Part shown: piece by piece, positions 35,401-48,500 of the stretch
Position numbering within the stretch: position 1 is the stretch's first letter
Layout: every line of letters begins with the position of its first letter
Assembly: GCA_002633005.1 (NCBI GenBank)
Contig: NMRA01000775.1
Location: 62,001-126,000 of the forward strand
Length of the DNA stretch: 64,000 bases
Source: Phoronis australis
Taxonomy: Eukaryota; Animalia; Phoronida
Direction: 5' to 3'
Program-made: the position numbers and the translations under genes
The notes under the pieces: generated by a model
Database searches by the model: none
Told to the model about the DNA's origin: nothing
The model's input: only the letters and a program-made list of their open reading frames with translations

Positions 35401-38400
35401 TCCAAGCAGCCCATTACGTAGAGTACCTCTTCTATGGGAGCATAGCCCCAGGTTATCATCATGCAGTTCATTCTCAATAATCACCATGGGAGGCCTACCA
35501 AATTATAGATGTTGATAGTGGGGTGGTTAGGGGCAAATGCAGGAAGGTTCAGTGCCTGAATGTTGTAAGCAATACCGTCAAATGCACCACGGCTAACAAA
35601 AACTGCCAAATATCCACTCAGCACCCGTACCAGTGTTAATACATATTCTACTCTTACATGTATTTTACTTTTTTCACTTGTATTTTTCAACCGTTTATTC
35701 ACTTATATCAAGCCTTGTTTAAGTAGATATGCTATGAACCCAAAACAAAGGGTTTTACCCTAAGAACAAATACAAAACAGTGATTTTCAAAGACGATAGG
35801 ATATGAAGCTTTTCATGTCATGAAAACGAAATTATGCATGAGGAAAAATTACATGTGGTACCTGATTTAGATATTTTCCAGCAAAGAATGTGGTGTAGTT
35901 GTGCTTCTTTAACTGTGCAGCAAAACTTCTCATCTCAGGTCCTTTCTGGAAGTCAGAACCACTGCACCCCCCACTGACCGAGTTGTTACGCACCCCTATG
36001 TTGTGAATGTAACGACCCGTCAAGATGCTGCTCCGGCTTGGACAACATAATGGTGTGGAGACAAACTGGAGAACGAGGTGTGTACAAATGATTAGTAGTT
36101 AACACATATCAACAAGCTGCTGCACTTTTTCTCTTAGAACAAAGAATGAGATTTATTTACAACATAACAATTTTTTTCCAAGAGGTCGGAGTGCGGAGTG
36201 AAATAAACAGCAATGTCAGAAATATCGCAAAGCCAATGTATGAAGTGAATAAAAATTTAAAAACAAAATTTGTGGTATTTTTACTTCTGAGGTATTGTGT
36301 TTTTTTCGCAGGTACTGTCGGACACATAAATTGTCAATATGGACCTCATTTCATGAAACCATTGTAGTCTTAACATAGACCAAGATAACAATGCTGTCAT
36401 TCTATCATGTCATGTTGTGCTTACTGAACAATGTGGTTGATGTGATTCCAACGATCAAGCTTGAGATTTAAAGAGGCCTGAAACGCGAAAAAATAAACTA
36501 ACCGTAAATTATCCAGAGTGGTTCCCTGCCACTAAACAGAATTCAACCTGTTCACCAAGCATTTCTACGGTTTGTTTGTACAAATTTTGAATTTGTGTTG
36601 ATGACAAAGGATTTTTCTCTTAGTTTCAAATTTCAAAAAAATGATCTGTCAACTGCTCACCACTTCATCACTTTTTCTCCCTCAAGACAAAGCACGTCTC
36701 CTTATTTGGTAAGGCAAGACATAGACGTAGCACATTTCCCTTATATGGAAATATATATCTCTGAACTAAATTGGTGTAAACATCTTGAAACAATGGCGAC
36801 TTCAAGCAGCAGCCAGTCAAAATAAGAGGCAGCTGATGTGAGTTCTATCTGTTTAAATAACTTATAAAGAAATCATGCCATTCAAATACTAAAATATATT
36901 TATTTTAAAGCACTTGGAATTCGTTATCGGATATCCCTTGCCTCACTGGTTTGCCTCATGTTGTGCTATCAACCTCAGATTTGGAGTGTGAGCACACATG
37001 ATAATCTGCTGTTAATATCCATGTCATTACTCAACTGCTTGTTGATGACTGCCAGCGCATACGTACATAAGCGGGAGAGAGATTAGAAACTCTGTGGTGA
37101 CTACAGAGTTTTTCCTTAAGCATGTAATTTTAAAAAATCTTGAATTGTGTGACTTTTCTGGAAATTCCCTCACAGGGGAAAGTGAAGAACTCTGTAGCAG
37201 ACTTTGTGAGATGCTACTTTCATAAGGAATTGCTTAAAAGATATTTTTGAAGAGCTTTTGCGTTCCATGCCTCTTTAATAAACTTTCATGAAACAGAGCC
37301 ATGGTGTGATAAAGTATGGCTGTGCTAAATAGAAAGAAAAAATTGTGGCTGTTGCACCATGTTCAAATTAACAGAAAATTAAAGTTTTTGTTAATAAATG
37401 TGGGTGTGCCACAAATTAGAATACGCGATTTTTGTAGAGTGACCGTAATATGGGTAATTAGTGAAGGACTTTCGTCATGTGCAACAAGCAGCCCCTACTT
37501 TTGGTGAAATTATTTACCGTTTGGCAACCTAGAATTTTGCCAGAGTTGAGCACTACATTTTGAAAAGAGTGAAGAATCAAACACTCAAGAAATACTCACC
37601 ATGTTTTGAAAGATAACACCAGCATCTCCTATCAGCTTTTTAGTTTTGGTCATGGGATTCTGGAATGTAACAGTCGAAATCAGAAAAAAATGTTGAAATA
37701 TTCACTTTTTGATGGAATCTCTGCTTAAAACAGACAAGGAATAGTGAACAGACTTGGTGTAATACAGTGGACACCATGCAACCAGAAAAATGGCAGACAC
37801 AAACATTTTGTGCTAAACTCCCACACAGTGCTAAATTCCCTGAAGCCAGTAATTAGATGATAATTATTATTAAAGTGCAAAATCTCAATCGCTGACCAGG
37901 ACCTGGAAATGCAGAGGATGTGGTGCATTTCAAGAGCCCCCCCCAGGAGGGGGGAGGGTAACTGCAGGATTGATAACCACAGCAACAGTTGTTCCTGAAC
38001 ATAGAATTAGGCTTACTATTTCAAGCTATGCTATTTAAAACTAAAAGGGAGTGGACCATAAACCCTTTGATAAAATGTGTTTACTAACACAGTCCAATTG
38101 GGACAGTTACAGGCTTTAAAGAGTAATTCAAAAAACAACTACTTTCAGAGAGTGGCCTTGCATGTCAATTTAAAAAGGTCTCTTGTGTATGAACGACACA
38201 GATGATTTACAATCTCCTGCAAAATTTTAAGCCACTATGCATACTAAAAGTTACCCCCATATCCAAAACAAATCTCAAGATCACGAATACATGAGTGAAA
38301 TTGGAATTATATTTTCATTGAAGGAATCAGGTGAAACATGTTGCTCAGTAAAAAGAACAATCTAGTTTGTAAATTTTATTCAGCCAACAATCACCCATTT

Positions 38401-39393
38401 TCTCCGTTACCGGAAATTAGGCATCCCAGAATCGGAGAAATGTGTGAATGGTTAATTAACTATTGTTAGTAGAATAAGATTATCAATAATCGATACAAAT
38501 AACAGTTGGCTACTGCGAGAATGTAACCGATTCCATCAACATGTGATTTGATTAAGGTGCATTCCACAGTATTGGTTTTGTTACAGATGTGACATTCAGA
38601 CACTTTAAATTCCAATATAAAATTAGTGAAACATCACAGTAGTAAGAAATTTTAAGTACACATTACACACTTGATGGAAGCTTTTCAGGTATCAAAAGTT
38701 TTTAATTCTGCACATTATAAGTGTACTAAAATTNCATGATTATTTGAGTGAACTTTAGTCCCTAGTCAACAAACAGTATTCCAGGTTTGCACTGGCTCAT
38801 ACATGATCTTGAGATCAAGCGGAATTCTAAATTCAATACATTTGAGAGCTTCTTTTGAACTGTTAAAAATATCTCCAGTATACACCACATAAGTACAGGG
38901 AGTAATTACATAGCGACAAAACTGGCCTTGAAGTCATGCAGATATGTGTCAGATTAGTATGGCACAGTTCACAACCGTACCGCTACATGACATATTTGAT
39001 GATCGCTATGATTGACTGTTGCATCAGCATTATTCACTGGCTGACCTTCATTGGAGGGGGGGGGGGTAAGCAACAGGTAATCAAGTGTGCCACATAGCAG
39101 CAAAGTTGGGAAATTTTGACCAAACTTTCGTTGCATCTATGTCGCTGTGTAATAATGTTCGCACTACTCTGTTCTTTACCTATGGTGTATAGTAGAGGCA
39201 TGTTCTAACAAATCGAAACAAGCTCCCACTAACTTCTCAGTAGTATAGCCTACTCTGTCTCTGGGCGTACCATTCCTCCTAAAACAACATCTTGGTCATC
39301 AGTCAAAATGAAAATAATGTTAGGGGAAGAAGACGTGTGCTTAGTTAACAACACTGTAACGAGTAATGCAAAACAATGAATCGACGGCATCAT
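26258..39393 (-). CDS. GNS: N-acetylglucosamine-6-sulfatase (whole spliced gene, 12 coding exons, about 506 aa)
   Basis: Exons (5'->3'): 39393-39271, 37659-37600, 36065-35862, 35171-35106, 34495-34397, 33331-33164, 32835-32753, 31060-30942, 29876-29773, 29016-28813, 28025-27912, 26434-26258. All introns are GT-AG, phases are consistent and the total is 1521 nt. Signal peptide, [12 protein letters not shown], formylglycine motif [51 protein letters not shown] and [11 protein letters not shown] match GNS. Confidence 0.95.
27109..27797 (+). mobile_element. HINE/Helentron-like repeat in the last GNS intron
   Basis: Starts aacaagag, has internal ctatttgccaaat subunits, and ends in the hairpin ccccacata-caaa-tatgtgggg (27766-27787) before an A-run; same family as 3265-4460. 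Confidence 0.65.
27912..28025 (-). CDS. GNS: GNS exon 11
   Basis: [21 protein letters not shown]...MYCSFDDDE. Confidence 0.93.
28813..29016 (-). CDS. GNS: GNS exon 10
   Basis: [16 protein letters not shown]...MDGMSF...[12 protein letters not shown]...GLA. Confidence 0.93.
29773..29876 (-). CDS. GNS: GNS exon 9
   Basis: [35 protein letters not shown]. Confidence 0.94.
30942..31060 (-). CDS. GNS: GNS exon 8
   Basis: [14 protein letters not shown]...[16 protein letters not shown](G). Confidence 0.94.
31732..31980. mobile_element. MITE in GNS intron 7, inverted copy of the 5131-5384 family
   Basis: ccaggagcctgttccaagaaaactgactt ... aagtcagtttcttggagctggccccag. Confidence 0.75.
32753..32835 (-). 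CDS. GNS: GNS exon 7
   Basis: [27 protein letters not shown](R). Confidence 0.92.
33164..33331 (-). CDS. GNS: GNS exon 6
   Basis: HQKATKFL...[20 protein letters not shown]...[12 protein letters not shown]. Confidence 0.93.
33655..33745 (+). mobile_element. tRNA-derived SINE head (degenerate)
   Basis: B-box-like GGTTCGAGTCC followed by ctctggggca...ctagaccc; related to 47817-47912. No intact cloverleaf. Confidence 0.5.
34397..34495 (-). CDS. GNS: GNS exon 5
   Basis: [33 protein letters not shown]. Confidence 0.92.
35106..35171 (-). CDS. GNS: GNS exon 4
   Basis: [22 protein letters not shown]; AG/GT bounded. Confidence 0.92.
35862..36065 (-). CDS. GNS: GNS exon 3 (active-site CxPSR motif)
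   Basis: [22 protein letters not shown]...[12 protein letters not shown]. Confidence 0.95.
37600..37659 (-). CDS. GNS: GNS exon 2
   Basis: [20 protein letters not shown]; ccag acceptor, gtgagt donor. Confidence 0.9.
39271..39393 (-). CDS. GNS: GNS exon 1
   Basis: [41 protein letters not shown]; GT donor follows. Confidence 0.9.
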
Positions 39394-39540
39394 AAATTTG
39401 AATGAGCTCAGGCCGCGCTGTGCTGTATCACTTTTTCATGCTGTCCGCCAGATTCCACTTCCGTAAACAAAGTTCCTGACGTTAGGGTTGTTTTTGGCGC
39501 TGCACTACATTTTTGTCTACTAGAGGTCACTTATTTCAAA
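39394..39540. promoter_or_regulatory. Bidirectional promoter / shared 5' region of GNS and ZNF277
   Basis: Only 147 bp separate the divergent ATGs. It contains an ETS-like CACTTCCG, and a YY1-like CAAAATGGC overlaps the ZNF277 ATG. Motif function is inferred. Confidence 0.7.
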
Positions 39541-39571
39541 ATGGCAGAAAAAGAAAGTTTTGGTGCAAGAG
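39541..39571 (+). CDS. ZNF277: ZNF277 exon 1
   Basis: aaaATGGCAGAA...AGAG/gtaata; phase 1 matches exon 2. Short and not conserved, so less certain. Confidence 0.75.
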
Positions 39572-42500
39572 GTAATACATTTATTGTTACTTTTACTCAT
39601 GTATTGTGATTTTCACCGTAAATGAGTTGGTAGGATGTAAATTGTCGAGGCACTGGTCGTATATAGCGGTCTCTGATGTAGAGAACTAGGCATTCACTGG
39701 ATAACGGGCCCGTTACTTAGTGGATGAAGCTGGTTCTCAAGTCTAAATCAAGCCTCAAGGTCAAGCCTCAAGGACCACTATATCCTACCAGCGCCAATTG
39801 TCGATGCTGAAAAGTGTAAGAAGTCCACACCAGCACAGTGCCACTGCCAGTGTCATTGCAAGTCAGGGCACTGGTCGGATATAGCCGTCAAAATCAGGTA
39901 CTGCCATATCCGACCAGTGCCGCAAGTCAATGCAAGTGCCGTGGCAATGTGAATGTCAATAATGTCACAAGAGCTTATGTCGCTCTTTTTGGCACATTCT
40001 TTTCATTCATAAAACTTCTTGCTTTCCAGTTGTATTGCGATCTACCAGAAGTCGCAGGGCTCGATGCTATTGTTGTGTTAGTATGGTTGCAGCTACTGCT
40101 ACGTCGCATTTTGCGACCTAGCCAAAATCCGAGGTTGCATTTTCAAAATCCAGATCGCATTCATAAATGCCAGGTCGCAAAATTTTCCCGCCATTTTTAT
40201 GCACCAAAATTGGTTTTTTAGATTTTAGATCATCAAGAAAATGTTTAGATTATGCTCTTACCTGCAGCGTTAAATACTCACAAATTTCAGATCCCAAAAT
40301 TGACTTCCTTCATGCAGGTACGGCGTTACTGTTCTTCATGACGGCCATTGAAAGGCTCTAGAGCACAAGGCAAGTTGCCGATTTGAATTTTGAATTAGTG
40401 CTCTCTAACTGACACGTGCATTCGAGAAGTTGATCGCTTAAGAATTAATAGAAACACCGCTGCTTTGTGACGTTTTATCACGTGTTATGCAGTGGCCCGA
40501 AAGTTTCTTCAGCGAATCTGGAAATTTGCAAAAGTGGCCGAAAATGTTAGCCAATGAAACGTGTCAAAGATCGATTCTGCATATCCTGCGTTCACGCAAC
40601 TTACTTATAAGTCATTGGGAGGGCTGTTCTCAGTTAGTTCTTTTGAACTTGGATTTGGCAACAACCAAATAATGGTCGGATTATCAAGAGTTGCTTTATA
40701 TTTGCCAGGTATCTGCTGAGAGGCATAAAACTTAGCTCACATTCGTTGAAAATTCCAGGTCGCATTTTGCGACTTGACACGAGCTGACAAAAATCTCATC
40801 TCGCATTTCCAAATTTCAGGTCTCAAATGCTACCTGCAGCTCGTTATGTCGAACCCTGGACTACGAGTTTACATGACGCTATTGTCAATCAACTGGCAAC
40901 CCTGTGATTGGCTGCTAGCCTTGTGATTGTCATTAACAATGGAATTTGACCTAAACAGCAGCCAGTTTTGGGGTTCCGAGGTAGTGTCATGCAGGCAATT
41001 GTCTGCTCATAAGCTGGTTGATTTTGAAATTATATTGAAATGAAGTAATATTTACTGATTGTGTAGCTACATCTGCTGACATTACTGCTGAAGATGACCA
41101 CTAATCCCACGATCCTTTGACATCTCACTTTCCGTAACCTATGAGCAGTGAACTGATCTGGACCCTGAGAGCCACCATCTGGATCAATGACAATACCAGC
41201 ATAAGTGTATAATCAGTATAAAAATATGTCTTTTCAGAAACTCCTGTTTTGGAAAGTCTTCTCTTGCCAAGTTTTGACCAAGCAGTGACGTCAGAAGAGA
41301 CCAGGTCGCCTGATGTCGAATGCCTGTTATGTGCACGGAGGTTTCCAGTTGGAGTCTGGGAAAAAGACGTCTTCCTCAAGCACCTACTGGATGAACACAA
41401 GTTTGTCATCGGTGACGTGAACCAAGTGACTCATTTAGAAAGGTCTGTAATTATTCTACACTGTTCTCCTCAATCGCAACTTCAAATTTGATGGCAATTT
41501 TGAAATGTTCTGAAATCTGTGTTCATGCTATGATGGACTGCTATCTAAAGCCTAGGAATCTATATTATTCTGAACTGGTGTCAAATGTTCATATTGTCCA
41601 AATGACTAACTTCCCAGGATTATGAAGTCTTTTTTTAAACATTAGGCAGATGAGCCAAGCTCGATGCAGCTGAATAAAAACTCATTTCCCGGACGAGTCA
41701 TAAGAAATCGTGGAGAACCCTAGACAGATGTTTCTACTTTTTATGTTTACTTCTGAGACTTGTTTTAAATTTGTATTAAACAAGGGTCTCTATCATGAAG
41801 AGTGGCTTATGAAGCCAGAAATTTTGTCTTTGGCTTCACATTATTGATGGAAAATGCTTAAATCTCAATTTGGCAAAAGTACAAAGTCTGTGAGAATATA
41901 TCTGTTACTCAGATAATTTGTTATGAATATTCACATTAATTAAAACTTTATTGTGAAGTGGAAGCATAAAACCAAGTTTTTGTCTTTTAAGACTTAAAAG
42001 TCCTCAGTCACACTTTGTGGAACAGACCCCAAGTGAAAACATTGTGCAGCGTTAAGATGAACTATAGGTTTTGACCGTTAGTCTTTTTGTTTCTAGATAC
42101 GTGAGTTATTGGCGATCACGGTTCAAAAATCAACCTCTTTCATCTTACTGCGCTGTAATAAAGACCAACAGTCTAGAGACCGATATCGGTAGGTACAACC
42201 CATTCTGGTCTGATACGAATTCAGGCTGATATCAAATAGTAATCAATGTGATGCCAGTGTAATCATCATTCATACCATCAGCCATGGAAATCCTCTTTGG
42301 ATAATTTACTACTGTTCAGTCATAAGGAATCAATAAATTATCACAATAGGGTTGTACCAGATTACAGGACGATGGAACTCTTCTTTGTCCTGGAGGTGAG
42401 AAAGTGCGTGACCTAGTTTTGGAAATCGGGCACATTGTCGTGTCTCTCATGGTAAAGAATTTCAGATCACTCATCCACGGGAATTTGTCTAGTTTATCAA

Positions 42501-45500
42501 ACTTTTTCACATCGGAGTTACAGCCCACAGCACAGCAGTAATACTTTGTTGGCATTGGAAGAACAAATAGAGTAATACAACTGAGATTAACTTGTAAAGA
42601 ATCCGACAAAACTAACAACATGTGAAAGTCGAGTGGCAAGAAAACGAGGCAGCAAATGTGCCTGACGGATGTTTATGGCATTGTAAGTAAATACATCAAG
42701 ATTAAGAGTGTCTCTGTAATACGGGACAGCCCTATTAACAGTAAAACGTGCATGAAAAATTGTGTCTGAATTCTTATCCACCCATAATATTGTATCATAC
42801 CATTCAAATGAATTCATAGAACTGGGTGATAGGACGGTAAAGAATTCCGTCATAGGAAGTTATGAGCAACAATCTAGGCTTATTGTGTAAAAGGATTGTT
42901 CATTAAAAGATTTTTATTTTATTTTTTTTTATTCTCGCGGCTATGAGGCCAGTGCTTTTAAGTTGGCAAATACAAAGAACTGGGGTGGGTTTTATTCCCA
43001 AGGTGTGCTTGCAAGTAATCGTAGTCATGTATTGAATTTTTATCGTGAGGTTGCCTTAAACCAGTAGTCTTAGACTTTACAAATGCCTTCTTGCTTAAAC
43101 ACTGACTTGGAGGATAACGGGTGAATTACCTGGTTTCGCTGTTCTATCCTCTCATTGACAAAAGTTTCATGTTTTGTAAGTAAAGGCAGGCCACTGAAAT
43201 AATGTTGGTGCCTACTTATCATGATTGTTAATTACATCTCTGCAGTTTTTGGCCATATCAAAAACAGACAATCGCCACATACAAATGCACAGTCAAGTTC
43301 ATATTAATTTGACGTTTCATGTATTCATTAATCATGATCAGGATACAAACAAGCAGACATCAGGTGTCGACATATGAGTCAGTTTACATCCATAAAGTGA
43401 AATGAGTGCATGGATGTAACCATGGTTGTGTGTTGACACTTGGTGTCTGATTGTTTGTGTCCTGATGATGTCTAATAGAGAGATGAAACGTCGAATTAAT
43501 ACGAACTTTTTCATTTGTGCGGCGATTGTCCGTTTTTGATTTTATCATGATTGAAACAGTACAGCCGTGGAAATAGTGGTACTCTACAGGATGAGTTTAT
43601 ACCAGTGCATGTGGTCTTATCAGTGGAAATGAGTTAGGGGGCGTGCTTTTACATAGAGAAGATGCTTATACCCAAAGGGATGTGGAAAACATCATTTTCA
43701 AAAATGTTGACGAAATTTCCTCTTGTCAGAAATCATCAAACTTTGAAAGAAAGATCTCGTGCTAGTTTTCAATCGATTTGTTTGAGTTTTTGTCTGATTA
43801 GGTTCTTAGACATTTCCATAACTCTTTTAAAGCTAGGCAAATTTTGACAAAGATAGTCAACATTTTAAAAGGTTCTACTGAAGCATGCTCGTGATTATAA
43901 GCACATAAAGCAGTGTGTATTATTGGCCATGACTTCTAAAACAAGATTTTATTGAGAACTTGGCATTTAAGTTTTCAACTGATGTATGTATTGATAATTT
44001 TCAGGTCCACAGGAAAAGTACTATTTACTGTGTGACAAGCTGCCCGAAGACAAAGCTGTGCGTGAACGACTGCAGCATGAGCAACTGGTAAAACCTCTTA
44101 ACAAATAATGCAGGCTTGTTTATGTTAGTGCCACCTACGGTGATATTCAGGCAAAACAAAATGGACGACTTCAAACTAGAATTAACAATCAAGTTTACTT
44201 AGTCATTGGTGACAAAGCTAGTCTCAGAAGTAGTGGTCTCTAACTGCTTCTTAGTGCAAACGTGTGAAACAACAGACTGAGGATTTCAAGGTGGTGGTGG
44301 TTATAGAATAAGTACTGCTATCCTAAAGGTGGCATTTTTAAACCATAGACCTGGACTTTTCCGTGTTTTACAAACGTATGAGCACATAAGACTCCTGAGA
44401 TCATAAGCTCGCCCTGCCGCCTCCCCACTTTTATTGTCACATCAATATGCTAATATTGGAGCAGCTGCTGACATCAGGTACAGACTCAGCTGGAGACGGT
44501 CCTGGTTTCAAGAAACTGTTGTTGCATGGACACACATTGACTCATCAAAATTTTTGTCTTTTCATTATTTCACGTGGCGCAAATCCAGTAGTCAGTCTGT
44601 TTACTTAATTATGAAACGTGTTACTGGTGAGCTGTCACGTTGGTATTAGGAGGTTTCTCTGTCATGATATTTAATAAAATATGACTTCTCAAATCATGAT
44701 TTGAAGAAGCTTAGCATTGATCTTACTCCAATTAGTGAAAGAATTCGAAATTCATTGTGTTGTGTTTTAAAATAGCACCACGTTTTCTGTAGTTAGAATA
44801 CTTATTTGGCCATTTTCACAGTGAAAGGTTGGAATTGATTTGAAACTAAAGAAGTGGTTGTTTTGAAACCATCTGTAAACATAAAAAATGTACAGTCTGA
44901 GCAATACCCAGTAAAACCTGAAAAGGACTGGAACTGTCATTTTCGAACAATGCTCTTGTCATGTGATTGTCCGAGCTGAAGTGGAATGAACGGCAACTCA
45001 CTCATTTCCAGCTGAAAGTTCTTGATCAACACGAGCAGGAACTGCAGGATAACCACTTCACACGAGGCTGTCTCTTTTGCAGAACACAATTTGATGGTAA
45101 CAGGTGAGCAATTTGCAATTAAACGAATCTTTATGGTAAAATAAAAAGAGTGCGGGTTGTCTGATGTCATTTGCGGTACATCAGACACGCATATGCCCCA
45201 TGGTTGGGCCCACTGGCCTTTAGAGTTGTGTAGGACCCTAGGAAAATGTCCAGTTTTGGTCAGCTTCTGAACATCGTATCTCAGAAATGAGGGATTGGAT
45301 TCTTGTGAAACTTTCGGATACTTCATGTTGTATGCTCCGTGCAATGTTCTCCAAAAAGCCCAACTTTTGCATAGGTGGTTATCAAAAATAGGACGTATAA
45401 CTCAATAGGTTTTTATGAAAAATATAAGTAGTAACTGTAGTAGTATAAAATGAAAATGAAACGATAATTTCGAAAACTGTTTACAGTTTTTTTGAAATTT

Positions 45501-48500
45501 TATCTTGAACATTTAATAAATCGTAAGATGTTTGCTCACATATTATTGATCTGTTGTTTTGTTATGAATGCACCTTAAAGCCAAATTCATCATCACTGCA
45601 ATATTCTCTCAAAGTGTAACATCAAAGGGTAATTAACAGCAAGGCTAGGGTGGCTAAGTCATTATGTAATTATTATAGTTATTATCAATTATTTTCACTG
45701 TCTACAAAATTAACTGTCATGACAGGGAAACGGTATTTTGTCTGACTACTTTTGTCTTGTTACTGTTTTGCATAATTCCTGTGCATATGACATACTGCTC
45801 ATTCTCGGCGATGAGTAATTGGCACTGCATGTCTTTTTCATTTGTTCGATTTTGTCAATTTCAGACGAGAATTGTTCAATCACATGAATACAGATCACAA
45901 CTTCAACGTCGGTCTTCCCGACAATCTTGTATACACGGCTGAGCTGTTAGATCTATTAGAACACAAGCTTTCAACGTGAGTTTACATTAGAAATTTGGAA
46001 AAATATCCTTGTTGAATATGTTATACAGCATGGTGAGTCTTACGTAATACACAACATGGCCGACAAGTGAACTAAAGATTGAGAACATTTTAGTCTTTTA
46101 CAAGCATGGATTTTTTGTAGATGTCATAAAACAACATTTGTTGAAACTCTCGTCATTTGTAAAAAGGTAATCAGCCTTTGAAAAATGGAAAAATGACAAT
46201 TTTGGAAATATTTTTGCGAAATATCTGGAGAATCACTGTACATTTACAAAACTTAGTACCATAATCCACATCGTCTCCTGTTACCATCTGCTAACAAGTA
46301 CTTAGTTGAATTTAGATTATCAAACTTCAGGATGACATTTTCCTACTGAAGATTAATCACAGTTCCTGATTATTACTTGAAATTTGTTCTTAAATCGCGA
46401 TAAAGTGGATACTCCATTAAAAAAGCGATATTTGTCTTTTAAAATGTTTAGGTCACAAACAGTGGATAATCTATTCTCTCTGGGAATTTTCAAATGTCTC
46501 TTTCTGTTTGTAGGTTATGATTTGAATATCTAAATATTGCTATAGCCTTCAGATATTTTCTAATTTTTAACTCCCTTTGAGGGTAAGAATGGGGAATGTT
46601 GCATTGGATAAATTATCTGTTGGGAAACACTCTGATATCCGTGTTCGACCTCTTAAGGTGTAACAAATTTAAATATTAAAGTGAGTGTGACTGGCAACTT
46701 TGAAATGTATTATTTGTCAACAAACTTTAGTATCAGTCCTTCTTTTAATGTATAGTATTGAAAGTGACTAGATGTATATTCAAACTATGGATGGCAGATT
46801 TATTGTTCATGGTTCGCTATTTACTCAGTAGATTGAACTTTGATCAAAAGATTTTATTTCGCCTTTTTGAACATAACGAACTCGTGATTTTGCGAAATAA
46901 ACACTACATAATTAACATTGAGGGTTAGTAAGAAATTGGAATATGGTGGATAAAGCACTTGAGAGGAAATACATTCAGGAACATGTTTGACTATTGAAGA
47001 TATCACAAAAGTGTCAAATTCCTCCTCATCTTTTGCTAATTTTGTTTTCTATTGCAGGTTACAGTGCCTTTATTGTGAGCGAATTTTTAGAGACCGGATG
47101 ACACTCACAGATCATATGAGGAAAAAACGGCATAAAAAAATCGATCCCAATAATAAAATTTACGACAGGTTTTATCTCATCAACTACTTGGTGAGTGCAA
47201 AGTGATGGATGTGATTAGTTAAGGTGATGAATGTGTTGTGAACCTGCGTACTGTGAAAAATTAGTGTTTAAATTTAATTCAGACTACTCAATGTTATTAC
47301 AAAATGGTAACAATTGCAGGTTGTCTGATACACATACGTCTCTCAGGTGGACCCATTGTACTGATCACGGGGAACCTTAATTTTATTCTAATTATGACTA
47401 GTAGTTAAAACTGAGGTGAGGAGCTGGAGACCTGACTCAAGGGTGTAGCAGTGTGCCCCAGTGGTACTCAAGGGTGTAGCAGTGTGCCCCAGTGGTACTC
47501 CAACGCATGACCCACACTGCCTCCTCTCACTATTAAAGGGATATTATGGACTTTACAGCCTACAAATGCATTTTTGGGATAATTGTTGGATGATACAGCT
47601 TGGTCAAAGTTGATAGCTTTGACTAGAGCGGAAAACAAGAAATTCACTTTACTTAATGAGTATGTTAATTAATTGTTTAGTATATATTCTGTAAATTATG
47701 ATCATTTGGAATGTTGACAAAGGTATCAAGTTCACTAACTCTATCCCATCCAACAGTCATCCCAAAAAATGCATTTTTTCGGCTGTAAAACCGATAATAT
47801 ACCGTAAATAATGACAGGAGGCAGTGTGGCTGAAAGAAATGTGTTCGCATCCTTTACTCAATGTCATAAGTTCGAGTCCCACTGGGGCACACTACTAGAC
47901 CCTTGAATTCATGTGTTGACTCTAAAGCAGGGGGAATTGTTAAGGCTAGTATTATGCAAGTTTGGTGATGTCACGTAAATCTTTGCTGTGTATTGCTATT
48001 AATTGTGAGGGATTTCCCAAGAAGCCTGCTGGGTGCCATTTTTCTGATTCGAAGAAATTTTACGTCTACAAAAAGACCCCGAGGTGCTCCGTCGAAAAAA
48101 ATAGTGGGTATCTTTCAGCAACTTGTATAATTGTATACCACTTGCTCAATGCCGTCATGGAGGGGTGTTCTTTAGAGTGCTGAAAGGGGGAGTTTGTGAC
48201 TGCACTTGAGATCAAAAAGTTCATCTCAGTGATGGTTGCAGCAGAGGTGATGATTTGTTTCTACTTTTATTTCAACATTGATTGCCTTCAAATACAAGCC
48301 ACATTTCACTTTTTAGCAGTTGTCTGGGACGATTTCCTTTTATTTAATTCCACTTTCCTTTTTGTCTCTTTTTTATCATTATTTCGACTTTATTCGTGCC
48401 AAATATTTATTTCATGTAGATTTTACAACATAAAAAGTATTAATTTTCTATCACACAAGCCTAGTATTTATTTGTGAAACAATATAGTACATTACCTGCG

